From NCBI GenBank assembly GCA_045546155.1, contig JAZQCG010000001.1:24525-88524 (forward strand): a stretch of 64,000 nucleotides of DNA, in the 5' to 3' direction. The position numbers were made by a program, and so were the translations under genes. Within the stretch, counting starts at the first letter, position 1. Each line of letters opens with the position of its first letter. The stretch is from Candidatus Enterousia sp. (GTDB taxonomy: Bacteria > Pseudomonadota > Alphaproteobacteria > Rs-D84). Positions 56,051 to 64,000 of this stretch are shown piece after piece. The notes under the pieces are model-generated. The model searched no databases. It was not told where the DNA came from and was given only the letters and a program-made list of their open reading frames with translations.

Positions 56051-57667
56051 ATGAGGAAAGTCGAAAAAATATTTACAGGTATTGCATTAATTGCGGTTGT
56101 CGCGGTTGTTGGTGGCGCAATGTTTTTGCATACATCACATGTTACGCCGGACCGGTCGGCCACATTTCCAACAACGCAATATGGTGCTTTTTTGGCGGCG
56201 CAACACGCGATTTACGTTAATGATTTTGAAAGTGCGGCTGAATTTTCAGAACTGCTGACTAAGACAGAGTATGCAACCGTTCAAAATACAAAAATTTTAT
56301 CGGAATTTTTAGACGGTAAAATGCCAGCAGATGCAAAATTGCTAAAATCTGAAAAAACACCTGCGGCTAAGATTGTATATGATGCGTACCTGGTTACCCA
56401 AGATGATTGGAAGGCTTTTCATAATCGCCATAAAACGGACGAGTCTGCATTATCTGCGCCGTTTCGTGTGTGGTCTGCGATTCCAAATGATTGGCGTACA
56501 AACACGTTTAAATTTATCGACAGGTTACCAACCAATGATTCGTGGAAATCGTTTATTCGTGGCCAAATTTATGTCGAATTGGGCGATATAGACAAGGCTA
56601 ATATTGAATTTGCAAAGGTGCATCCTGATTTTATGAACATAAACGATTATATGTACCTAATGTCGTTTTATAATCATTTTGAATTATACGAAGATGCGCG
56701 TGTTTTGCATGATGATTTTGTTGCACGTCCAGGTGGCATGTTTATGGCCGGATTCAGCGATTTTCCAGCATGGGAAACATTTTCTGGATACAAAAATCAG
56801 CTGGCGTTTAGTTTGGTGCAAAGTGTTTCGCATACCCAGATTATGATGTATTCAGACTTGGCAATGTTGTTTTTACGTTTTGCCCAGATAGCAGCACCAG
56901 AGTTTTCAGAAAATAACGATGCGGTAAATTATTATCTTGGTCAATATTTTTATACAAACAAGGGCGATTATAAGGCGTATTTTGATAAAATATCACCAAC
57001 GTCACCATTTAAATTATTTGCAGATTTACGTATAGCTGATCGCGCCGGTGATACAGATAAATTGATGTCCATACTGGACAGAAATCCATTGTTTGTACCG
57101 GCAATAAATTCAGTTGTGGCGAAGTCTGTCCAAGGTGGCAATCGTCGCATGGCGTTGCGTGTTATTAATCGTGCATTGCGTTCAGAAAAACTGGGCGACA
57201 TAGGGCGATCTTTTTTACATAAAACCCGTGCCCAGGTGCACTTTGCGTTTGGCGATTATGACGATGCCCAGGCTGATTTGCATGTCGCGTCAAATGTGCT
57301 GGGGGCGGATACAGAGATTTTATCATTACAGGCAAAAATTTGGGCGGCCCAGAACCGTGAAATTGAAAACGCGTATGATTATGCAATGGGACTGGTTCGT
57401 CGAAATCCATCAGATGTGTTTGCGTGGGACACACTGGGGCGTGTTGTTGCCACGCGTGAAGGGGCGGATGCTGCGCTGGAATTAATTTCCAGGGTAGGGG
57501 AAGTGTCAAACACTTGTTCATCATTATTTGAAATTATGGGTGATTTATATGAACAGGTTGGGGACTGTGACCGTGCGCGCGATGCGTATAAACGTGCCAT
57601 AGAATTATCAGATGATGGTATGGTTGTTGTTCCCAAAATTGAAAGAAAAATAAGGAAATTAAAATGA
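56051..57667 (+). CDS. Membrane-anchored TPR-like protein (538 aa)
   Basis: N-terminal TM IALIAVVAVVGGAMFL. The C-terminal third has TPR-like repeats (A..DL..A..., GDCDRARDAYKRAIEL). Confidence 0.65.
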   Translation: MRKVEKIFTGIALIAVVAVVGGAMFLHTSHVTPDRSATFPTTQYGAFLAAQHAIYVNDFESAAEFSELLTKTEYATVQNTKILSEFLDGKMPADAKLLKSEKTPAAKIVYDAYLVTQDDWKAFHNRHKTDESALSAPFRVWSAIPNDWRTNTFKFIDRLPTNDSWKSFIRGQIYVELGDIDKANIEFAKVHPDFMNINDYMYLMSFYNHFELYEDARVLHDDFVARPGGMFMAGFSDFPAWETFSGYKNQLAFSLVQSVSHTQIMMYSDLAMLFLRFAQIAAPEFSENNDAVNYYLGQYFYTNKGDYKAYFDKISPTSPFKLFADLRIADRAGDTDKLMSILDRNPLFVPAINSVVAKSVQGGNRRMALRVINRALRSEKLGDIGRSFLHKTRAQVHFAFGDYDDAQADLHVASNVLGADTEILSLQAKIWAAQNREIENAYDYAMGLVRRNPSDVFAWDTLGRVVATREGADAALELISRVGEVSNTCSSLFEIMGDLYEQVGDCDRARDAYKRAIELSDDGMVVVPKIERKIRKLK

Positions 57668-58527
57668 AAGTATCTGTAATTGGGGCAGGGGCCTGGGGCA
57701 CTGCGTTGGCTGTGGCAACTGCGCGTGGTGGTTCGGATGTTATATTGTGGTCGTATGACAAGGAATACAAGCATTTTGACGGTGTTGAAATGCCGGCAAA
57801 TATAACGATTTGTTCAGATATGGAAAAAATACGTGATACAGACGCGTGGTTAATTGTGACACCGGCTGCATTTTTCCGCGAAACACTGCGTAAAGCACGT
57901 GAATTTTATTCTGGTCAACCAATAATTATTTGTACCAAGGGCGCAGAAAGTTCGACAGGTGCTTTTACGTCTGAAATGTTGCATGATGAATTGCCGGAAT
58001 GCAAATCGTTTGGTGTACTATCTGGGCCGCAATTTGCGGCCGAGGTTGCGTGTGGTATTCCAACTGGCTCGACCTTGGCGGGGGGTGTGGATGTTATAAA
58101 TATTGGCAAACAAATTCTAAACCAGTTATATATCGAGCCCAGCGATGATATTATCGGCACAGAATTATGTGGTATGGGAAAAAATGCGGTTGCATTAATT
58201 TGTGGATATAACTCGGTCGCGTGTCGTGGCGAAAACGACCGCGCAATGTTATTTACACGCGCCTGGAACGAAGTTGTTGATTTAGGGTTGGCATCGGGTG
58301 CGCACACACGTACATTTTTGCGTTTGTGCGGAATAGGGGACTTGTTCCTTTCTGCGACATCCCCAACCAGTCGTAATTATTCAGGTGGCGCATCAATTGC
58401 CCGCGGTGAACCCCCCGCCGGTACAGTCGAAGGGTTGTTTGCGTTGGGTGGATTAATTGCGCGTGCGCGTGCATTAAATGTGCCGACACCTGTTTTGTGT
58501 GAAATGCGTGACAAAATGGGATTGTAA
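57664..58527 (+). CDS. gpsA: NAD(P)H-dependent glycerol-3-phosphate dehydrogenase
   Basis: MKVSVIGAGAWGTALA Rossmann motif and GpsA core. At 287 aa it is on the short side. Confidence 0.88.
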   Translation: MKVSVIGAGAWGTALAVATARGGSDVILWSYDKEYKHFDGVEMPANITICSDMEKIRDTDAWLIVTPAAFFRETLRKAREFYSGQPIIICTKGAESSTGAFTSEMLHDELPECKSFGVLSGPQFAAEVACGIPTGSTLAGGVDVINIGKQILNQLYIEPSDDIIGTELCGMGKNAVALICGYNSVACRGENDRAMLFTRAWNEVVDLGLASGAHTRTFLRLCGIGDLFLSATSPTSRNYSGGASIARGEPPAGTVEGLFALGGLIARARALNVPTPVLCEMRDKMGL

Positions 58528-58535
58528 AATAATAT

Positions 58536-58563
58536 AAAAATACCGGCATTTGCCGATATTTTT
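58536..58563. terminator. Terminator, CCGGCATTTGCCGG family (one stem mismatch)
   Basis: AAAAATACCGGC-ATTT-GCCGATATTTTT. Confidence 0.6.
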
Positions 58564-59881
58564 ATTTAGTTTTTTGAGCACGGGAAAAAGCCAACCATCC
58601 AATTTGTTGGAAGAACCCTGTACTGCTACCTATTTTGCGGACTTGATCTTTATCGCCGCCAATATAGAATACGTTTGGTATTAAATCGCGTGCAGGCTGT
58701 AATACCTGTTGTGGTTCGCCATTTATTGCAAAGATTGTTTTGCGAATTTCATCGCGAACACCTTTAACCAGTTCTTTTTGTGCGATACCTGAACACCAAT
58801 CTTCCGTTTCTTGTTGGATTTGGTGCTTTAATTTTTTTGATGGCTTGATACCTTCTTCTTTGGCCAGTTTTGTTGGTTGTAAATCCGCTAATTGTGCCAT
58901 TTGGCGATGCAGGGATACGCATTCTTCGCTGGCCTCTGCAATTGCGTGTGGCAAAGTGTGTCGAATTAATATATCCAATCGTTGTTCCAGTTCTTTTTGA
59001 CGTGGGCTGATATTTTCGGTTTGTTTTAATTGTGATGTCAGCCCTGATTTTTTTCCTGGAATAACGGCTTTTGCAGCCAGGCGCGAACGATATGTTTTGC
59101 GTAATTTTTCCAATTTGGACAATTTCAGGTTCAACAGTGCCCGACGGAATGTCCACCAGACCGTTTCGTTAACAATTTTATGCATACGGTCACTTAAATA
59201 TTTTGGTGGCATCATGCCAGCGTCCATTGTTCCTTGGACTAAAATAGCGTTTTTATTCATGAACGGGCGCGTTGGCGCAGACTTCATAGCTATTGGTGGC
59301 ATCATCCCAATTTCGTATGAGTGAATATTTTTTAGTATATTCATATAACGTTTATGTTGTTCATCAGATGTGCCAGATGATTTTTCATAGTTATGATATT
59401 TAACCCGATCGTATAAATTAGAGTCTGGACCATCTATTTTGCCCTGCAGTAAATCGCCATAAATACCAAAAATTAAATCAAAAGAAATGTCTGATACAAA
59501 CGCGCCGCGTGGGGGTTGATTTCCCATGATTTTTGTTGATTGTAATGCGATGCGATTGTCTTTGCCAACAACTACGAATTTGTACCCGCGTGGTGCAAAT
59601 TTATTCATACGCATGACAATAAAGCGCATATCGAAAACTTCCATTTGTTTTTTGATTTCTTTTTGTGCGTGCGCTTTTTGTTCTTTGGCAAGTTGTGCTG
59701 CAACACGTTTTGCTTCGCGTTTTGCGTTATGCTGTGGGTCTGGCGACTGTGTTGGGCGTTCAACATACATCATACGATATACGGATTTTTTACCTTCTTT
59801 GATGCGTTTGCGCAGCATCATCCCACTAATCGTAGGTTGTGTATTATTGTTATCTGTTTTTATTTCTATATTTTCTGTCAT
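58562..59881 (-). CDS. Hypothetical Lys/Gln-rich protein (439 aa)
   Basis: Long uninterrupted ORF with ATG start. No recognisable motif, signal peptide or TM. Charged, predicted helical stretches. Confidence 0.6.
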   Translation of the reverse strand: MTENIEIKTDNNNTQPTISGMMLRKRIKEGKKSVYRMMYVERPTQSPDPQHNAKREAKRVAAQLAKEQKAHAQKEIKKQMEVFDMRFIVMRMNKFAPRGYKFVVVGKDNRIALQSTKIMGNQPPRGAFVSDISFDLIFGIYGDLLQGKIDGPDSNLYDRVKYHNYEKSSGTSDEQHKRYMNILKNIHSYEIGMMPPIAMKSAPTRPFMNKNAILVQGTMDAGMMPPKYLSDRMHKIVNETVWWTFRRALLNLKLSKLEKLRKTYRSRLAAKAVIPGKKSGLTSQLKQTENISPRQKELEQRLDILIRHTLPHAIAEASEECVSLHRQMAQLADLQPTKLAKEEGIKPSKKLKHQIQQETEDWCSGIAQKELVKGVRDEIRKTIFAINGEPQQVLQPARDLIPNVFYIGGDKDQVRKIGSSTGFFQQIGWLAFSRAQKTK

Positions 59882-59949
59882 AATCTATTCAAGCCTTAAA
59901 TATACATAGGTTTAATCGGATAAAAAAATCCGCTTTCGCGGATAAATTC

Positions 59950-60026
59950 TGGTGGGTGTTGAGGGACTCAAACCCCCGACCCTCTCGGTGTAAACGAGAT
60001 GCTCTAATCAACTGAGCTAAACACCC
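59950..60026 (-). tRNA. tRNA-Val (anticodon UAC)
   Basis: Manual cloverleaf: GGGTGTT/AACACCC acceptor, GCTC-AGTTGATTA-GAGC, TCTCG-TTTACAC-CGAGA, GGGGG-TTTGAGT-CCCTC, encoded CCA. 77 nt. Confidence 0.9.
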
Positions 60027-60108
60027 AAAGCCAAGCAATATTAACCTAAAACATTTTGTTTGTCAAATATTTTTTCTTTTTACCCAAAAAACAGGTAAAT
60101 ATTATTAT

Positions 60109-60136
60109 TTGCAAACTGTTAAATATGCTTTATAAT
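60109..60136 (+). promoter_or_regulatory. Putative sigma-70 promoter for pnp
   Basis: TTGCAA (60109-60114), 16-nt spacer, TATAAT (60131-60136). Predicts a hairpin-rich leader of about 105 nt. Confidence 0.45.
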
Positions 60137-60248
60137 TGCGACTGCGGGGATGAAATTGTTCCTTTTTATACTTAGATTTCATAGAGTATAAAGACGAATA
60201 ATTTGTCTTCGCAAGTATCGAAGAAACAAAAAATAAATGGAGTAAAAA

Positions 60249-62411
60249 ATGGTATTTGGTTTATTTAAAAAAGACGCCAAATTAAACAATCCAGTTGCGG
60301 TTGAAATCCCATACGGTGATACAACACTGCGTCTGGAAACAGGTCGTATGGCGAAACAGGCCAACGGTTCTGTATTGGCAACAATGGGTGGCACAATGGT
60401 GCTGGCAACGGTATGTGCAGAAAAATCCGCAGTAGAAGGTCAGGATTTCTTTCCGTTGACCGTTGATTATCAGGAAAAGTTTGCATCCGCCGGTCGTATT
60501 CCAGGTTCGCGTGACAGACGCGAAGGCAAGGCATCAACCGCTGAAACATTAACAGCGCGCTTGATTGACCGTCCAATTCGTCCATTGTTCCCAGAAACAT
60601 TTAAAAACAAAGTCCAAGTTATCGCCCAGGTATTTTCCTATGACAAGGTTAACCAGCCTGATATTTTGGCGATGATTGCATCGTCTGCGGCATTGGCATT
60701 GTCCGGTGTCCCGTTCCAAGGACCAATTGGTGCGGCGCGTGTTGGATATGCGGATGGTAAATATATCTTGAATCCATCAAAAAAAGCGGTCGAAGAATCT
60801 GAAATGGATTTGGTCGTAGCCGCTACACGCGATGGTGTTTTGATGGTTGAATCTGAAATTGGTGAATTGGATGAACCAACTGTCTTAGGTGCGGTTAAAT
60901 TTGGTTTTGATGCACAACAGGCTGTTATCAACGCAATTAACGAATTGGTTGAAAAGGCGGGCAAAGAACGTTGGGCAACACCAGAAAAGACCGAAGAACA
61001 ATTGACAATGGAATCAAACTTTGAATCATTTGCACCTGCAATCGAAGAAGCCTTGCAAATCAAAGAAAAATTGGTTCGTTTGGAAACATTAGCAGACATT
61101 CATGCCCAGGCAAAAGCGCGTATCCCAGAATTATTCCCAGAATCAACGCGTGCTACATCTACGCTGGAATCATGGGCGGACGAAGTTATCGAAAACCTGA
61201 CGGCGCGTATTATGCGCGGTAATATCTTGGCGGGTAAACCACGTATCGACGGTCGTGATAACAAAACTGTACGTCCAATTGAAATTGAATTGGGTGTATT
61301 GCCACGTGCGCATGGTTCTGCCCTGTTTACACGCGGCGAAACCCAGGCTTTGGTGTCTTTGACACTGGGTGGTGGCAAAGATGCATTGCCAATCGAATCT
61401 TTGGATGGTGCCGAAGAACGCGATTTCATTTTGAACTATAATTTCCCAGGCTATTCCGTTGGCGAAGCCAAAGGCTTAAAAGCCCCAGGTCGTCGTGAAA
61501 TTGGTCACGGGAATTTGGCATGGCGTGCGGTTCATCCAATGGTACCAACACGTGCAGAATTTGACTATGTCATTCGCGTTGTGTCGGATATTTTGGAATC
61601 AAATGGCTCGTCATCAATGGCAACAACATGTGGCGCAACATTGGCGATGATGGACGGTGGTGTTCCAATGAAACGTCCAGTTGCTGGTATCGCAATGGGA
61701 TTGATTAAAGAAGGCGATGATTACGCGATTCTGACAGACATCCTTGGCGACGAAGATCACTTGGGTGACATGGATTTCAAGGTAACTGGTACAGACCATG
61801 GTATCACAGCCCTGCAGATGGATATTAAAATCACATCTATTACGTTTGAAATTATGGAACGTGCGCTGGCCCAGGCAAAAGATGGTCGTATGCACATCTT
61901 GGGCAAGATTGAAAAAGCAATCAAAAAGCCACGTGCAACCGTATCTGAATACGCACCACAAGCTTATACAATGAAAATCAACCCAGACAAGGTTCGTGAA
62001 GTAATTGGCAAGGGCGGCTCTGTGATTCAGGCACTGGTTCGTGAAACAAACACAATCATCGACCTAGAAGATGACGGTACGGTTAAAATCATGGCAACAA
62101 CCCGCGAAGAAGCAGACGAAGCAATTCGTCGCATCAAAGAAATTGTTGCAGAACCAGAAGTTGGCATGATTTACAAAGGAACTGTATCCGGCATGAAGGA
62201 TTTTGGTCTGTTTGTAAAAATCATGAACGGTTTTGAAGCAATGGTTCATATTTCTGAAATCACCGGTGAACGTATCGCAAAAATCGAAGATACAAAAATC
62301 AAAGAAGGCGATACAGTTTACGTTCGTTATCTGGGGGCTGACAAACGTGGCAAAACACGTATGTCCATGGTTGGTATCGACCAGAAAACAGGTGAAGAAA
62401 TCAAGAAGTAA
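60249..62411 (+). CDS. pnp: Polyribonucleotide nucleotidyltransferase (PNPase)
   Basis: Two RNase PH domains, then KH (GKGGSVIQ) and S1 (GTVSGMKDFGLFV) domains. Confidence 0.96.
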   Translation: MVFGLFKKDAKLNNPVAVEIPYGDTTLRLETGRMAKQANGSVLATMGGTMVLATVCAEKSAVEGQDFFPLTVDYQEKFASAGRIPGSRDRREGKASTAETLTARLIDRPIRPLFPETFKNKVQVIAQVFSYDKVNQPDILAMIASSAALALSGVPFQGPIGAARVGYADGKYILNPSKKAVEESEMDLVVAATRDGVLMVESEIGELDEPTVLGAVKFGFDAQQAVINAINELVEKAGKERWATPEKTEEQLTMESNFESFAPAIEEALQIKEKLVRLETLADIHAQAKARIPELFPESTRATSTLESWADEVIENLTARIMRGNILAGKPRIDGRDNKTVRPIEIELGVLPRAHGSALFTRGETQALVSLTLGGGKDALPIESLDGAEERDFILNYNFPGYSVGEAKGLKAPGRREIGHGNLAWRAVHPMVPTRAEFDYVIRVVSDILESNGSSSMATTCGATLAMMDGGVPMKRPVAGIAMGLIKEGDDYAILTDILGDEDHLGDMDFKVTGTDHGITALQMDIKITSITFEIMERALAQAKDGRMHILGKIEKAIKKPRATVSEYAPQAYTMKINPDKVREVIGKGGSVIQALVRETNTIIDLEDDGTVKIMATTREEADEAIRRIKEIVAEPEVGMIYKGTVSGMKDFGLFVKIMNGFEAMVHISEITGERIAKIEDTKIKEGDTVYVRYLGADKRGKTRMSMVGIDQKTGEEIKK

Positions 62412-62420
62412 GGTTGCTTC

Positions 62421-62777
62421 ATGACACCAGAACAACTGAAATGGACAGATGAACAATGGGCGGCACACCTGGGGTGTGCTGTCCAGCGTGTCCCAGTGAT
62501 AAGCGCATTTGTAAAAGAAAACTATTTTCCAGGCATCGCAACACACTCTGAAACGGGATTGCATGTGTTTTATATGTCTAAACGCGATGTGTCGCCCAGC
62601 GGTGCGGAACGTGTTATTCCGTTTTTATCATCAAATAAAGAATTTGAAGATTTGTCCAAGGCGATAAAATACGCAAACCAAGAAATTTTGCCACGCTTGG
62701 AATTAACCAAGGTCGCAGCGGATTCAATTGGAATACCAAGACGTGCGTTGCAAATGTTGCACATAAAAACAAAATAA
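62421..62777 (+). CDS. Hypothetical protein (118 aa), possible HTH segments
   Basis: ATG 9 nt after the pnp stop. HTH-like segments WAAHLGCAVQRV and AADSIGIPRRALQML. No firm family. Confidence 0.5.
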   Translation: MTPEQLKWTDEQWAAHLGCAVQRVPVISAFVKENYFPGIATHSETGLHVFYMSKRDVSPSGAERVIPFLSSNKEFEDLSKAIKYANQEILPRLELTKVAADSIGIPRRALQMLHIKTK

Positions 62778-62793
62778 AACGGGGGGATATAAA

Positions 62794-63093
62794 ATGGATA
62801 TGGAATCATTAATGGCGCAAGCAGCCGAATTACAAAACAAAGTTGCCTCTGCCCAGGCGCAATTGGCAAAAACAGTTGTCAAAGGAATTGCCGCGGGTGG
62901 TGCGTGCATTGTTGATATGACGGGCAAATATGATTTAGTTAATATCACAATTCGTCCCGATGTATTAACATCTGGTGCGGATGTGGTTGCAAAAATTGTT
63001 GCCGATGCATATCGTGATGCCAAGGCCAAAGCCGACGATTTAATCGACAATGTAATGGGTGATGCGACCGCTGGTGTAAATTTACCAATGTAA
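62794..63093 (+). CDS. ybaB: Nucleoid-associated protein YbaB/EbfC
   Basis: ...MAQAAELQNKVASAQAQLAKTVVKGIAAGGACIVDMTGKYDLVNITIRPDVL... Confidence 0.88.
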   Translation: MDMESLMAQAAELQNKVASAQAQLAKTVVKGIAAGGACIVDMTGKYDLVNITIRPDVLTSGADVVAKIVADAYRDAKAKADDLIDNVMGDATAGVNLPM

Positions 63094-63109
63094 AACAAAT
63101 TAAAAAAAT

Positions 63110-63132
63110 CCCGCCATTTGGCGGGTTTTTTT
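63110..63132. terminator. Bidirectional intrinsic terminator
   Basis: CCCGCC-ATTT-GGCGGG with an A-run upstream and a T-run downstream, between convergent ybaB and fabZ. Confidence 0.78.
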
Positions 63133-63134
63133 AT

Positions 63135-63575
63135 TTACAAATCACGATGTTGCAAGACTGCGGTAAATGTTGCCTCTGCGACCTTTTTTCCGGCAACCAT
63201 GGCGATACCATGGAATTTATATAGCTTCATTTTACTCATTATCAATTCAACGTGTAATTCTAATTTATCCCCGGGGTGAACCATATGTGAAAATTTAATT
63301 TTTTCCATTGTGGTGAAATACCCCAATGTCTGGGCAGCTTCGGCTGGATTCATGCGTTTAAATGCAACAAAGCATGCGGTTTGTGCCAATGCTTCAACCT
63401 GTAACACACCGGGCATAATTGGTTTATCTGGGAAATGTCCAGCACACCAAAATTCATCATCACGAACATATTTAATTCCGACCGCAGACGTGTCTGAATA
63501 TTCGCGGATTTCATCAACCAATCGCATATCGCCACGATGTGGGATAATAGCTTCAATACCCTTTGAATCAACCAT
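63135..63575 (-). CDS. fabZ: 3-hydroxyacyl-ACP dehydratase FabZ
   Basis: IPHRGDMRLVD, GHFPDKPIMPGVLQVEALAQ. Confidence 0.94.
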   Translation of the reverse strand: MVDSKGIEAIIPHRGDMRLVDEIREYSDTSAVGIKYVRDDEFWCAGHFPDKPIMPGVLQVEALAQTACFVAFKRMNPAEAAQTLGYFTTMEKIKFSHMVHPGDKLELHVELIMSKMKLYKFHGIAMVAGKKVAEATFTAVLQHRDL

Positions 63576-63593
63576 ATTTACACCTCTCTATGT

Positions 63594-64000
63594 CTATTTT
63601 TTAACGTTCTTTTTCAGCCAAGCATAGTGACGCATAAATTCAGTCCCCGGTCCAGCCGGATAACCCATTTGCGATTGACCTTCTGGAATATTTCTGAAAA
63701 CGCCACTGTTTGCGCCGACGGATGCATCATTTTCAATTTTTACCCCATTTGCGACACCAACGTGCCCCCCCAGCAAAACTCTATCGCCTAATACAACGCC
63801 ACCTGCCAAACCGACCCCCGACGCCAAGAAGCATTCTTCGCCAATAACGACACCATGCGCAATCTGGCACAGGTTGTCAACCTTAGTTCCATTGCCGATA
63901 CGTGTATCTGTCATTGCACCACGGTCAATGCATGTGTTTGCACCCACAGACACCCGATCGCCCAGTACGACACGACCGACGTGTGGAATAAATACGTTTT
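63594..64000 (-). CDS. lpxD: UDP-3-O-acylglucosamine N-acyltransferase LpxD (3' part; runs off the window)
   Basis: Left-handed beta-helix hexapeptide repeats. The frame stays open upstream of the GTG at 63953 through position 64000. Canonical lpxD-fabZ order. Confidence 0.85.
   Translation of the reverse strand, partial: NVFIPHVGRVVLGDRVSVGANTCIDRGAMTDTRIGNGTKVDNLCQIAHGVVIGEECFLASGVGLAGGVVLGDRVLLGGHVGVANGVKIENDASVGANSGVFRNIPEGQSQMGYPAGPGTEFMRHYAWLKKNVKK

Noticed and set aside
57379-57774. 131-aa minus-strand ORF spanning the TPR-gpsA junction
   Set aside because: It overlaps two well-supported plus-strand genes that themselves overlap by 4 nt (ATGA coupling). No motifs.

Overview
Dense, moderately AT-rich chromosomal segment of a Gram-negative bacterium, almost all housekeeping genes. 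Gene content and order suggest a proteobacterium, probably an alphaproteobacterium-like lineage with a streamlined genome; this is inference and I cannot name the organism. I call about 60 CDS, three tRNAs (Thr-CGU, Val-GAC, Val-UAC) and one decayed tRNA-Val copy. Genes sit in long, tightly packed and often overlapping operons: mreC-mreD-mrdA-rodA-topA-dnaG-(radical SAM); rpmI-rplT-pheS-pheT; xseB-mutS-truB-rpsO; metG-hyp-queH-fabD-fabG-mnmG-hyp; accB-accC; rnpA-yidD; mltA-DUF721-ruvC; rsmG/parA-parB; pnp-hyp-ybaB; lpxD-fabZ. There are no rRNA genes, CRISPR arrays, transposases or integrases. Leads worth a second look: (1) a GIY-YIG nuclease gene boxed in by perfect 27-bp inverted REP-like hairpin repeats at the left edge. 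(2) Two divergent paralogs of an uncharacterised CxxxCxxC radical-SAM family, one beside an orphan SufD-like gene, the other divergently paired with a MacB-type ABC exporter next to a large secreted Cys-rich protein. (3) A tRNA-Val locus with a 21-bp duplication of the tRNA 3' end, a GC-rich insert, a decayed tRNA copy, a structured RNA with mutually exclusive helices and a small XRE regulator. (4) An orphan VirD4/TraG coupling ATPase. (5) Two dispersed repeat families: a stereotyped CCGGCATTTGCCGG terminator hairpin and a GGTTAGTG/CACTAAC element or heptamer array at convergent gene ends. (6) Several small orphan ORFs translationally coupled to housekeeping genes. All functional calls come from reading motifs in the supplied translations. 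No database search was run.
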